Assembly (NCBI RefSeq): GCF_030684315.1
Contig: NC_081387.1
Coordinates: forward strand, 6,738,497-6,802,496
DNA length: 64,000 nt
Direction of reading: 5' to 3'
Origin: Stegostoma tigrinum
Taxonomy: Eukaryota
This document shows positions 12,454-23,447 of the stretch, one piece after another; positions within the stretch are counted from its first letter, which is position 1; every line of letters begins with the position of its first letter. Below the pieces are notes generated by a model. That model was not told the origin of the DNA, ran no database searches, and saw only the letters and a list, made by a program, of their open reading frames with translations. The translations under genes and the position numbers were made by a program.

Positions 12454-13008
12454 GACTTACACGTGTGTAGCTTTTAACTTGTGTAATTTTATTTCTTCCA
12501 AGCTCCAGCTCCACTGCTGTTTGACCCAAGCACAGCACATTCTCAGCTGATCGTGTCTGAAGACCAGATGAGCATAGAGCCCAATGGCATGTACGGTTTG
12601 GAGCATCTTTATGTCCTGGGATCAGAAGGATTTACATTTGGCAAACACTACTGGGAGGTGGTAGTGGGAGACATCTCTGACTGGCTTATTGGTGTGGCCA
12701 CTGAGTCAGCCACTGAAGAGGAAATGATAGATCCTCTCCCTGAACATGGCTATTGGACTCTGCTATTGAGAAATGGAAATGAATATGAGGCTGATGGTAC
12801 TCTTGAACTGAGTGTGAAACCCAGGACCATTGGCATTTATCTGGATTATGAGGGAGGACAGGTGTCATTTTACAATGCTGATGATATGTCTCATCTCTTG
12901 ACTTACACTGACACATTCACTGAAACACTCTTTCCGTATTTTGCTCTTCAATGTAACGATAATGTTGAAAACAATGAGCCTCTCAGGATGCGCCATTTAC
13001 TAATATGA
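4290..13008 (+). CDS. TRIM-B30.2 protein, TRIM69/nuclear factor 7-like (5'-partial); join(4290..4385,4914..5147,9040..9062,9151..9533,12503..13008)
   Basis: Five GT-AG exons with consistent phases (0,0,2,1) give 413 aa plus TGA. The 96/234/23-bp exon series is typical of TRIM coiled-coil regions. The LGMFRGPLQYAIWKEM motif resembles TRIM69, and the last exon is PRY/SPRY. No RING/B-box exon found in the window. Confidence 0.9.
4914..5147 (+). CDS. TRIM exon, coiled-coil 2 (234 bp)
   Basis: acttag|AAA...AAG|gtacc; KLGGSLEQHISEIFAKIQQYLEDKK...IHQEDSITFLK. Confidence 0.9.
6461..6793 (-). mobile_element. HE1-like tRNA-derived SINE (V-SINE)
   Basis: Reverse complement of the tggcacagtgg...gactgtctgtgtggagtctgcacattctccc head and CR1-like tail. 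Confidence 0.8.
6822..7046. mobile_element. Penelope-derived hairpin (inverted pseudo-LTR pair)
   Basis: ctggaaaagctcagcaggtctggcagcatctgtg...cacagatactgccagacctgctgagcttttccag inverted arms. Confidence 0.75.
7614..8829. repeat. Inverted duplication, arms 7614-7739 and 8706-8829
   Basis: ~125-bp arms, about 97% identical by eye. Confidence 0.9.
7996..8036 (+). ncRNA. Minimal hammerhead-ribozyme-like motif in a Penelope pseudo-LTR
   Basis: CTGATGA-a-GGGTC-accg-GACCC-GAAAC-ATTA-actcc: conserved core and stem II; stem III imperfect. Confidence 0.55.
9040..9062 (+). CDS. TRIM 23-bp micro-exon
   Basis: tttatacag|GAAATGAAAGGTTTGCCAGGGAG|gtgtgt; EMKGLPG(R); a 23-bp exon is typical at this position in TRIM genes. 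Confidence 0.82.
9151..9533 (+). CDS. TRIM linker exon with a long acidic (D/E/N) low-complexity insert
   Basis: aattcag|A...CCAG|gtaag; 383 bp open frame CLGSEESES...(DEN repeats)...FSELILGMFRGPLQYAIWKEMKQILSP. Confidence 0.88.
10080..11530 (-). mobile_element. Degenerate PIF/Harbinger-like element (Myb/SANT gene relic)
   Basis: Minus strand near 11150-11180 reads GKVNDIIHRA followed by gtaa, resembling the RKKVNDL end of Harbinger Myb/SANT exons; boundaries approximate. Confidence 0.4.
12401..12452 (+). repeat. (GT)26 microsatellite
   Basis: Perfect dinucleotide run 50 bp upstream of the B30.2 exon acceptor. Confidence 0.98.
12503..13008 (+). CDS. TRIM terminal exon, PRY/SPRY (B30.2) domain
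   Basis: FDPSTAH, VLGSEGF, GKHYWEV, IGIYLDYEGGQVSFYN and FTETLFPYF motifs; matches ORF 12553..13008. Confidence 0.95.
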
Positions 13009-15016
13009 GACATTAAACTATAGAGGTTGATGAGCATGGAAGAGAAATAAACACCTAGATTTTCCACTGAATTAGACACTTGTTATTCCAATGAAGTTGC
13101 AAGTTGCATATGGGAACACCACACAGTCCGCATTGTAACACACTTTGAAGGAATTTCCTGGGAAAATTGAATTTTCTCTTTGGCAATTCCTCTATGACAG
13201 GAACCCTCCAAAAGTCTCAATTTGGGTCTCTGTTGAACTGATGAAATTAAATAAAGTAGGGACTTAGGAAATGTTAGACTATTAAATATGTTGTCTAACT
13301 CTGAGGAATTATTCATCAGAAACCAAATTTAACTAAGATATTACAACTACACCACCCCCAGACTCAACATTCCCTACCCCCTCACCACTAAAATCTAGCT
13401 CCCACTGGACCTGACCTCTTCCTCCACCCCCTTGCCAGATCCCCTCCAACGCCTGCAGACCTTTCTTGTTTCACAACCCCCTGGACTTGAACTCCACAAA
13501 TTTATGCTATCTACCCTGCCCAGCCCCTTTCAGACCTGATTTCCCCACTGGTACTGAGCTACCCTGAAGATGGCATCCCTTACCTTGCACCCTGGCAACT
13601 CTACCCCCTACTGATCTGATATCACATCCCTTCCAACTTACTTCATGTAAAACTTACCTGACACCCTACGAACATGGCACTGCAGTCCCAAGTCATCTGG
13701 CATTCTACTCTTGACATGATACACCATCTCCAGCTGGCACCTGGCACCCTTTCCGTCGTACCCATCTGATTCCCTATCCTCCCTGCACCCTAACATCACA
13801 CTTACGACAGCAGACTGCTGTGCCTTCTTCTGACTACTGTGCCTATGATCGAACTGTCAGAAAGGAAGCAGAGCCCTGCATTTCTGAGGATGTCGTCAGC
13901 AGAATCTTCTTTCAGAAATCTGGAGCTCCCTCTTTCATTAAAAAATATAGAAGGAGTGGAGTGGCATTCTGCGTGAGATTGCCATCCCTTGGAAAATCTA
14001 AATCTTAGTTCTCTTGCTGCAACTTCTATAATCTTACAATAAAGCAGGGAATTAGAAACACCAGCATGTGCCTACTGTGTTCCATTCAGCGAGAATGACA
14101 CAGATTGATAACACATGGAAGAACACCATTGGGTTAAATCTGTATAGATCATTTTCAGTACGTAGTTTGTAAAACAGCCCTGATGTCTGCTAAAATTTTA
14201 CTTCTACTTATTTCTCAATATTCTTGTGACAGTATTTTTCAAACTTTCACTGTTAGATGAAGATATTAAATCAATTTTAATACAGTGACAATATAATTTC
14301 TGATTAATATTGATTTTACTTTTAAAAACTGAGTAGTTTAGTTAGTAGATTTGTGTGTATTTTGAAGAGTTTTAATCATTTGTTTGTAAGTTAGTTCAGC
14401 AGCAGGAAACACCTTTAAACAACTTCCTGCTTCAGAAGAGGAGGATGTGGTTTGGAATTGTACAAATGAGTGATGAGAATTTTCTCTCAGTAAAGTAGGT
14501 ACAAGCAATAAAATATTAATAGGATAGTGGAGAAAGGAATCAAACTAGTCTACGGAAAAGTAACTCTTTGAGACATTATTGTTGAGGGATAATGGACATG
14601 AAATCTACTCAAAAACCACTTAAAATATAACTGTGGCGAACAATGAAAAGTCTTGTAGAAAATATGGGAGAAACATGAAGAAAATGTAAAAGAAACTAAA
14701 TTACCTCTTAAAGTACGTTCAACATGGGCATCGGAACTCAATGAAACTTGTAAGCTTTCATTGTAAGTAATTGTATAGAATATACAATTGTACAACTGCA
14801 TATGACTTAATCGTATGTTTAATTACAATATTCTTGATAAATACTTTATGACATTAATATGTTATGAACCTGGCTGAGAGAATATAATTTATAAGTAGCG
14901 TGCACTCTTTTCCACCTTATATCATTATGACAATTGAAGTTTAAAGATTAGAGCTTTTTTTTGATATTGTGTCTAATTGTCAATTTAGTCAAATTTTAAT
15001 CAGGTGAAATCTCCAT

Positions 15017-16350
15017 GATTGGTAGTGTGGAGGTGTAGAGGTTATCAAGAACAAATAATGGAAGATGTTCCATGCAACAGTGAGAGTGGTTGAGTATGAG
15101 CTTTGGAGGGAGATTGGTGCGGTGGCAGAGTTAGGGTGAGTATAAAAGTAGCAGAGAGAAGATGGTGGTATTTACCATAGAGGGGCAGAAAAAGTCACAG
15201 ACTTACTTTCTACTTTGCTAGGTGTTCCCCAAGACCTGAGGCTGCTGTAACCAGGGTGGCATCCTTTGCCATTCCCTGGGGAGAAGATGATGATCTTCTT
15301 CTATGCTACCCTATCCGCCAGGAAGTTCAGATGCCTGTCTGGGAAGGAGGATACCAAATTTCCCTCATCTAACGCAAATGCCAGGAACCATGCAGGGCAA
15401 CACTAAACTGAGAAGACACACAATGGCTTCATTTAAAAATGGCACCAGCAATGCCGGTCCATTTGGGACATCCTGGCAATGTCAAGTTCTTTGGTCTGTG
15501 TCCATTGGCAGAATTGGGCTTGCATCTGAAATGCAAGCGAGCTTTCTCACTCTTCTCTCAGCAAATTCGCCTTCATCAATCACCTCCCCCACCACTATGG
15601 TGCCTCTTCATAGAAAAGACTATATACAGTGTGGACGCAGCCCATTTGGTCCATTGAGTACACAACGACTCCACCCTCCCTCCCGAAAGGCAACCCAACC
15701 AAATGAACCCTATCTCCATAATCCCACATTTTCCATGGCTAATTCACATTACGCACAAATCCTGGGCACTATGGGCAATTTAGCATGACCAGTTCATCTA
15801 TCCTGCACATCCTTGGACCGTGGGAAGAAACCGGAGCATCATTTCAGATCAAGCCCAATTCTGCCAATGGGCACAAACCAAGGAACTTGACATTGCCAGG
15901 ATGCCCCAAATGGACTGGCATTGCCGGTGCCATTTTTAAAAGAAGCCATTGTGTGTCTTCTCAGTTTGGTGTTGTCCTGCATGGTTCCTGGCATTTGCGT
16001 TAGATGAGGGAAATTTGGTATCCTCCTTCCCAGACAGGCACCTGAACTTCCTAGCGGATAGGGTAGCATAGAAGATCATCAACTTCTCCCCAGGGAATGG
16101 CAGAGGATGCCACCCTGGTTACAGCAGCCTCAGGTCTTGAGGAACACTAGCTAAGTAGAAAGCATGTCTGTGACTTTTTCTGCCCCTCTATGGTAAATAC
16201 CACCATCTTCTCTCTGCTACTTTTATACTCACCCTAACTCTGTCACTGCACCAATCTCCCTCCAAAGCTCATACTCAACCACTCTCACTGTTGCATGGAA
16301 CATCTTCCATATTTGCTCTTGATAACCTCTACACCTCCACACCACTAATC
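15017..16350. repeat. Inverted duplication, arms 15017-15533 and 15840-16350
   Basis: ~515-bp arms; ORFs 15303+ and 16069- give near-identical peptides; the spacer holds a truncated HE1-like SINE (~15622-15838, -). Confidence 0.92.
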
Positions 16351-16642
16351 TTTCGTGACCTCTGCACTGCCTACCCACTTACCCGGGACAACTCATTGTT
16401 TTCTCCCCTCACCTCTACCAGCACTATCAGTTATGCTGCCTGCTTTCATTTCCCTCTCGTCCTGTAAGCAAATGGCCCACATTGGAGCACGAGGAGTCAA
16501 GAACAGGTAGAGGGCTGGCAATATTTAGCTCCTTGCCCTTACAAGGAGAGCATCCTGACTGTGACTGCCCTGAGCTGTTGGCTGACTGAATCTGAGCATA
16601 TGGACAGGGAATGAAGGCTGCCCTTGAGGTTCTGCTAGAGTA

Positions 16643-16950
16643 GCATGTGGCTCAGTGGTTAGCACTGCTGCCTCATAGCACCTGGAACTTGGCTTTGATT
16701 CCACCCTCAGGTGACTGTCCGTGTGAAGTTTGCACATTCTCCCCATGTTTCATGGGTTTCCACTGGGTGCTCCAATTTCCTCCCACAGTCTGAAGATGTG
16801 CAGGTTGAGCAGATTGACCATGCTAAATTGCCCATAGTCTCCAGGGAAGTACAGACTAGTTTTATTAGCCACGGGAAATGCAGGGTTGTGAGATAGTGTA
16901 GGTGGGTGTGAGTGGGTATGGATTTGATGGGCTGAATAGCCTGCTTCCCA
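16643..16950 (+). mobile_element. HE1-like SINE
   Basis: gtggctcagtggttagcactgctgcctca head and tttgcacattctcccc core. Confidence 0.8.
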
Positions 16951-18116
16951 TAAGTCTACAATATTAATACTAGGAACCCCTGAATGCAGGAATAGACAGA
17001 GCTTGGGAGACAGAAATGATGTTGATGTAAAGAAAAGATATTAACTGTAATTGAAAGTGATGGATTAATTTAATTAAGAATGACAAGAATGAACCGGGAA
17101 TAGAGGGAAAGATACAATGACAAATAGAGGGAGAACAGTCAGAGCCTGTGAAGTATGGGGGCAAGTCACAAAATAGTCCTTTGTCTGCAACAAAAATAAT
17201 ACAAATGAACTTGGTCCCTTGTCCCTCATCTTTTTGAAATTCTGTGCAGCGACCAGCTTGTTTTTAACCTTCTGTTTGTATCTAGCAGATTAGCTTCTGA
17301 TGGTTAATGCATAACTAAAACAGGGACAATGGTCCATTATATTTCTGGCTAATCATTGGCTTTCTATCCAGTTGTGATTCTCCATGTGTTGCCTGTCTGC
17401 ACTCAGTGCTCAGGTTTAAATAGGCAGAATTATTCTTTACCACAATTTTGGAGGGTGGGAGGATGGGAGCAGAAAGAGAAATTCAGTTTTTTATTCAACA
17501 GATTGAATTCAGTCATTTATGTTTTTACTTTTTTCAACACATTGCAATACAACCGGTTCAATCCAGAGAAATTATTTACGTTAACACTCGCCAGGTTTGG
17601 GGTTGTGGAAAGGTCACATTACAGCCGACACAAAATTAGAAACTGTGGGTTGAAGATTTCACAAACCATGCTGATGCTTACATCAGCTGCAAGCGTTCCC
17701 ACAAACAAAGGATCAGATCTAAGTTCTGTAGTTCTGCCAAGTTCAGTTTTGAATAGTGGTGGACAATTAAAGAATTCACTGGAAGAGGAGGATCCAGAAA
17801 TATTCCCATTCTCATGAAGGAAGAGCCCAGCACATCAGTGCAGAAGATGAGGTTGAAGCATTTGCAACAATCATCAACTAGAAGTGCCAAATATATGATC
17901 CAACTCAGACACCCCAGCCTCACAGTTACCAGTCCAGCCAATTTGATTCACTCCATGTGATATTAAAAAAAATGGTTGGAGACATTGGATACTGCAAAGG
18001 CTACAAACCCTGATAATATAAACACAAGATTGAGAACTGATTCGATAAAACTCATTAAAATTATGTGGGCTGAATAATAGATTTATTATCTAAATCTAAT
18101 TGTTCACTTTTGGAAG

Positions 18117-20212
18117 TGAGGTTGTTGATTTGCTCGCTAAGCTGGCTGGTTCTTGTTCAGACATTTTGTCACCATGCTAGTTGACATCGTCATTGGAGTC
18201 TCCAATGAAGCGATGTTATTCTACTTTGCTTGGAATTTATACAGTCTGGTCCATTATGGTGAGTTGTGTCATTTCTGGTTTTGAACTATATAGGTTTGTA
18301 TATGGGGTCCAATTCTATATTTGTTGATTGCATTACAGGTGGAGAACCATGCATCTCGGAATTCCCGTGTGTGTTTGTTTGGCTTGGGCTGCCTTGTCCC
18401 AGTTAAACTGATAGCCTTCATTTTCTGAGTATACCAATATTAAGGAGAGTTCATTGTGCCTTTTTGCTGCTAGTATTCTGATGGCTAGTTTCCTTCCTGT
18501 CTGTCCAATGTCATCATTGCAGGGCATTTTGTAAACCATGTTGGCTCTGCATGTTGTGGGGATGATATCTTTAATCCTTGTTAGTGTTTTTCCTAGAGTG
18601 GTTGTGGGATTGTGGGCCACCATGATTTCCAGTGGTCTTACGAGTCATGTTGTCATATGTTCTTGATATAGGGCAGTGTGGCCAGTGTGTTAGGGCATAC
18701 TGTGTCCTCCTGTTGTTGTCTATTTAATAGGCATCTGCAGATGAAGTTATGGGGATATCTGTTTATAGGAGGATTTTGCACAGATGCTCTTCCTCTTTTC
18801 TGCCTAGTTCCGCAGTATTGCAGTGTGCCTTGGCCTGTTTAAATACTGTCCAAATGCAGTTTTGTGGACACTGGGGTGGTTGCTGTGAAGTTGAGGATTT
18901 GATCAGTATGGGTTGTTTTTCTGTACACTGAGGTTTGGAAATCCCTGTTGGTCATACACTCAACGCTAACACCCAGAAACGGAAGCTGATTGTTGTTCTC
19001 GTTTCCCTTGTGAATTTAATCCCTGCAAATACACTGTTGATATGGTGGTGGGTCTCTTCTAATTTGTTGCATTTAATAATGACAGATGTGTCATCCATTT
19101 ACCGGATCAACAGTTTAGGTTGAACGCAGGGGAGGGTGGTGTGTTCTAGTCTTTGAATGACTGCTTCTGCAATGAGTCCTGAGATGGGTGACTCCACAAG
19201 AGTACATCAGTGGGGTTACCCATCCCAGGACTCATTGCAGAAGCAGTCATGCGAAGACTAGAACACACCACCCTCCCCTGCGTTCAACCTAAACTGTGGA
19301 TCTGGTACGTAAATGACACATCTGTCATTATTAAACACAACTAATTAGAAAATCCTCAACTTCCACAGTAATCACCTCAATGTCCATAAACAAAGCTGCA
19401 TTAGGACACTATTTAATTGGCCAGGACACACTAAAATACTCTGGAACTATGCAGGAAAGAGGACGAGCACCTGTACAAAATCTTTGCTAGAAACAGATAT
19501 CCTTGTAACTTCATCTGTAGAAGCCTTTTAAGCAGACAACAACAGCAGGACACAGTACACCTTAATACACTGGCCACTGTGCCCTACATCAAGAACATAT
19601 TGAAACTGACAACAAGACTCCTAAGTTCAACAGGAATCATGGTGGCCCACAAGCTCACAGCCACTCTATGACAAAATGTAGATTAAAGATATCATTCCCA
19701 TGACATGCAGAACCAATATGGTTTACCAAATACCATGCAACGACTGCCATACACATTACATCAGACAGGCAGGAAGGAAACTAGCCATCAGAATACATAA
19801 ACATCAACTAGCAGCAAAATGGCACAACAAATTCTCCTTAATATTGGTACACTCAGACAGTGAAGGCCATCAGTTTAACTGGGACAAGCTAGCCTTGGCA
19901 GCCCAAGCCAAATATAGACACGCACAGGAATTCCTACAGACATGGTTCTCCACCTGTAATAAAATCAACAAACATATAGAATTGGATCTTATCTACAAAC
20001 CCATACAGATAAAAACTGGAAATGACACACCTTTCCGTAATGGACCAGCCAGTATGAATTCCAAGCAGAATAGAACAACATCACTTCATTAGAGGCTCCA
20101 CTGATGATGTCACCTAGCATGGTGATGAAATATCTGAATGGGAACAAGCCAGCTCAGTGAGCAAGTCAGCAACCTGACCTATAACTTGAGCTACAGGTCT
20201 TTGCCAAATCTT
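18117..20212. mobile_element. Head-to-head palindromic pair of 5'-truncated Penelope (Poseidon-like) elements
   Basis: GIY-YIG-like peptides NMVYQIPCNDC...YIRQAGRKLAIRIHKH on both strands; symmetry centre at the 12-nt spacer 19198-19209. Confidence 0.88.
20097..20137 (+). ncRNA. Hammerhead-ribozyme-like motif at the Penelope 3' terminus
   Basis: CTGATGA-t-GTCACC-tagcat-GGTGAT-GAAA-tatc. Confidence 0.5.
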
Positions 20213-20684
20213 TAAACATTTGCAAGTCCCAAATGTGGGGCCATAAATATACAATGGTCACTAATAAGTCCACAAAGGAATTTAAGTGAAATATCTTTAC
20301 ATAGAAAGGTCACGAGAATGTACAATTGGTTTCCAAATGGCGTGTTTGAGATAAATAGGATAGGTAACATTTACATATCTCATCAAAAACTGTTGTTCTT
20401 AATGAAATTATTCAGACATGTTGTGATGCATCTCAGGGATTTTCTAACCCAGAGGTATTGATACTAATACTGTTTCACAAAGCGGCAACAGATTGAGGAT
20501 TTAGAGATAGTAATATTGTTAAGTCTCAAGGAGAGGTTGAAACTGATTATTTCCTGTCAGTGTGTGCAGCATGAATATTACTTGAGAACTGTTAGCTTTA
20601 GCCTGAATTTTGTCTAGTTCACAAGACACAGAAACTTCAGTATTTGATGTATTGTGAATGGTACTTTGCAGTTATCAGCAAGCA

Positions 20685-21040
20685 GGGCAGCTCAATGGCT
20701 CAATGGTTCGCAATGCTGCTTCACAGCTCCAGGAAACCAGGCTGGGTTCCAGACTTAGGTGACATTCTGTGAGTTTGCATGTTGTCCCCATGTCTGTGTG
20801 TGTTTCTGCTGGGTAATCCAGTTTCCTCCCATAGTCCAAAGAAGTGCAGGTTAGGTGGATTAACCGTGCTAAAAAAAATGCACATACTGTCCAGGTATGT
20901 GCAAGCTAGGTGGATTACCCGAAGTAAATATAGGGTTACAGGGATAAGATGAGGTGTTTGGTTTGGGCAGAATGCTCTTTGGACCATCAATACAGACTTG
21001 ATGGGTTAAATGCCCTCTTCTGTACTGTCATGATTGTATG
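20685..21040 (+). mobile_element. HE1-like SINE
   Basis: tRNA-like head plus CR1-type tail. Confidence 0.75.
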
Positions 21041-21164
21041 ATTCACCTCTTCATCCATGGTGTTTGGTTTGGGCAGAATGCTCTTTGGACCATCGATACA
21101 GACTTGATGGACCAAATGCCCTCTTCTGTACTGTCATGATTCTATGATTCACCTCTTCATCCAT
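20953..21164 (+). repeat. Tandem duplication, 2 x 106 bp
   Basis: ggtgtttggtttgggcag...cacctcttcatccat repeated at 20953-21058 and 21059-21164. Confidence 0.95.
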
Positions 21165-21389
21165 TGTGATGGAAGGAAGTTAATTAATGAAGCAGGTAAA
21201 AATGATTTGGATGAGGGCCCTTCTCTCAGGACCTGCTGGTACTGAGATGGTTTGCCTCCAATATTCACAACCATCACTTTCCTCATGTTCGCTATCACTA
21301 CAGCCAGTGAAGAGTTTTGCTCATGCATGCTAGTGACTTGGATTCTGTGTGTATCACTTCATGCTCCTCAGTGCTGCTTTAAGGAAGAC

Positions 21390-23447
21390 TTAGGAAGAGG
21401 GACATGACGGATGTGGAGGTTAGGGATAGATGTTTGATTACTCTAGGTCAAGTCGGCATAAGGAAGGAGGAAGTGTTGGGTATTCTAAAAGGCATTAGGG
21501 TGGACAAGCCTCCAGGTCCGGATGGGATCTATTCCAGGTTACTGAGGGAAGTGAGAGAGGAAGTAACTAGGGCCTTAACAGCTATCTTTGCAGCATCCTT
21601 AAGCATGAATGAGGTCCCGGAGGACTAGAGAATTACTAATGGTGTCCCCTTGTTTAAGAAGATAGCAAGGATAATCCAGGTAATTATAGACAGGTGAGCC
21701 TGATGTCAGTGCTGGGGAAGCTGCTGGAGAAGATACTGAGGGATAGGATCTATTTACATTTTGAAGAAAATGGGCTTATTAATGATAGGTAGCATAACTT
21801 TGTGCAGGGAAGGTCATAGCTTACCAACTTGATAGAATTCTTTGAGGAAGTGACAAAGTTGATAGCTGAGGGAAGGGCTGTGGATGTCATATGCATGGAC
21901 TTCAGTAAGGCATTTGATAAGGTTCCTCATTGTAGGCTGATGAAGAAAGTGAAGTCGCATGAGGCCCAGGGTGTACTAGATAGATGGATAGAGAACTGGC
22001 TGGGCAACAGGAGACAGAGAGTTATAGTTGAAGGGAGTTTCTCAAAATGGAGAACTGTGACCAGTGGTATTCCATAGGGATCTGTGTTGGGACGATTGTT
22101 GTTTGTGATTTTCATAAATGATCTGGAGGAAGGTATAGATGGTCTGTTTAGCAAGTTTGCAGATGACACTAGGATTGGTGGAGTAGCACATAGTGAAGGG
22201 CACTGTCGGAGAATGCAGCAGAATATAGGTAGATTGGAAAATTGGGCTGAGAAATGACAGATGGAGTTCAACCCAGGCAAATGCGAGGTGATGCATTTTG
22301 GAAGATCCATTCAAGACCGAACTATATGGTAAATGGAAAAGCCCTGGGGAAAATTGATGCACAGAGAGATCTGAGTGTTCAGGTTGATTGTACCCTGAAG
22401 GTGGCAACACAGGTTGATAGAGTGGTCAGGAAGGCAAATGACATGCTTTCATTCATTGGACAGGGCATTGAGCACAAGAGTTGGCAGGTCATGTTACAGT
22501 TGTATAGGACTTTGGTTCACCCACATTTGGAACAGTTCTGGTTGCCACATTATCAAAAGGATGTGGATGCTCTGGAGAGGGTGCAGAGGAGGTTCACCAG
22601 GATGTTGCCTGGTGTAGATGGTGCTAGCTGAAGAGAGAACAAAGAACTAAGGAAATTACAGCATAGGAACAGACCCTTCGGCCCTCCAAGCCTGTGCCGA
22701 TCCAAATCCTCTATCTAAGCCAGTTGCCTATTTTCCAAGGATCTGAATCCCTCTACTCCCTGCCCATTAATGTATCCGTCTAGAGGTTGAGTAGGTTAGG
22801 ATTATTTACATTAGAAAGATGGAGGTTGCGGGGTGATCTGATTGAGGTCTACAAAATCATGAGAGGTATAGACAGGGTGGATAGCAAGAAGCTTTTTCCC
22901 AGAGTGGGGGACTCAAGTTCAAGGAAGATGAACCAAAGTCCTATACAACTGTAACATGACCTGCCAACTCTTGTACTCAATGCCCTGTCCAATGAATGAA
23001 AGCATGTCATATGCCTTCCTGACCACTCTATCGACCTGTGTTGCCACCTTCAGGGTACAATCGACCTGAACACTCAGATCTCTCTGTGCATCAATTTTCC
23101 CCAGGGCTTTTCCATTTACCATATAGTTCGGTCTTGAATGGATCTTCCAAAATGCATCACCTCGCATTTGCCTGGGTTGACAAAGTGAGAGCAGAAAAGT
23201 TTAAGTGGAAAGTTTTTTACTCAGAGGATGATGGATGCCTGGAACGCATTGCCAGCAGAGGTGGTAGAGGCGGGCATGACAGCGTCATTTATGATATATC
23301 TAGACAGATACATGAATGGGCAGGGCGCAGAGGGATACAGATCCTTGGAAAATAGACAACAGGTTTAGATAGAGAATCTGGATCAGCGCAGGCTAGGAGG
23401 GCCGAAAGGCCTGTTCCTGTGCTGTAATTTTCTTTGTTCTTTGTTCT
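21390..23447 (+). mobile_element. 5'-truncated CR1 LINE (RT region to 3' tail) with two internal inverted insertions
   Basis: DKPPGPDGI, MDFSKAFDKVPH and KFADDT motifs with stop codons; (ttctttg)n tail; antisense CR1 tail at ~22636-22782; inverted self-copy at 22929-23180. Confidence 0.92.
22268..23180. repeat. Inverted duplication, arms 22268-22519 and 22929-23180
   Basis: 252-bp arms with about 4 substitutions. Confidence 0.95.

Noticed and set aside
12161-12538. ORF with a (HT)n run
   Set aside because: Translation of the (GT)26 microsatellite
15303-16069. Two near-identical ORFs on opposite strands suggesting a duplicated gene
   Set aside because: Product of an inverted duplication of a decayed transposon, running into a SINE
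16643-16720. tRNA-like sequences here and at ~6790, 20690, 42120 and 52780
   Set aside because: tRNA-derived heads of HE1-like SINEs, not complete cloverleafs
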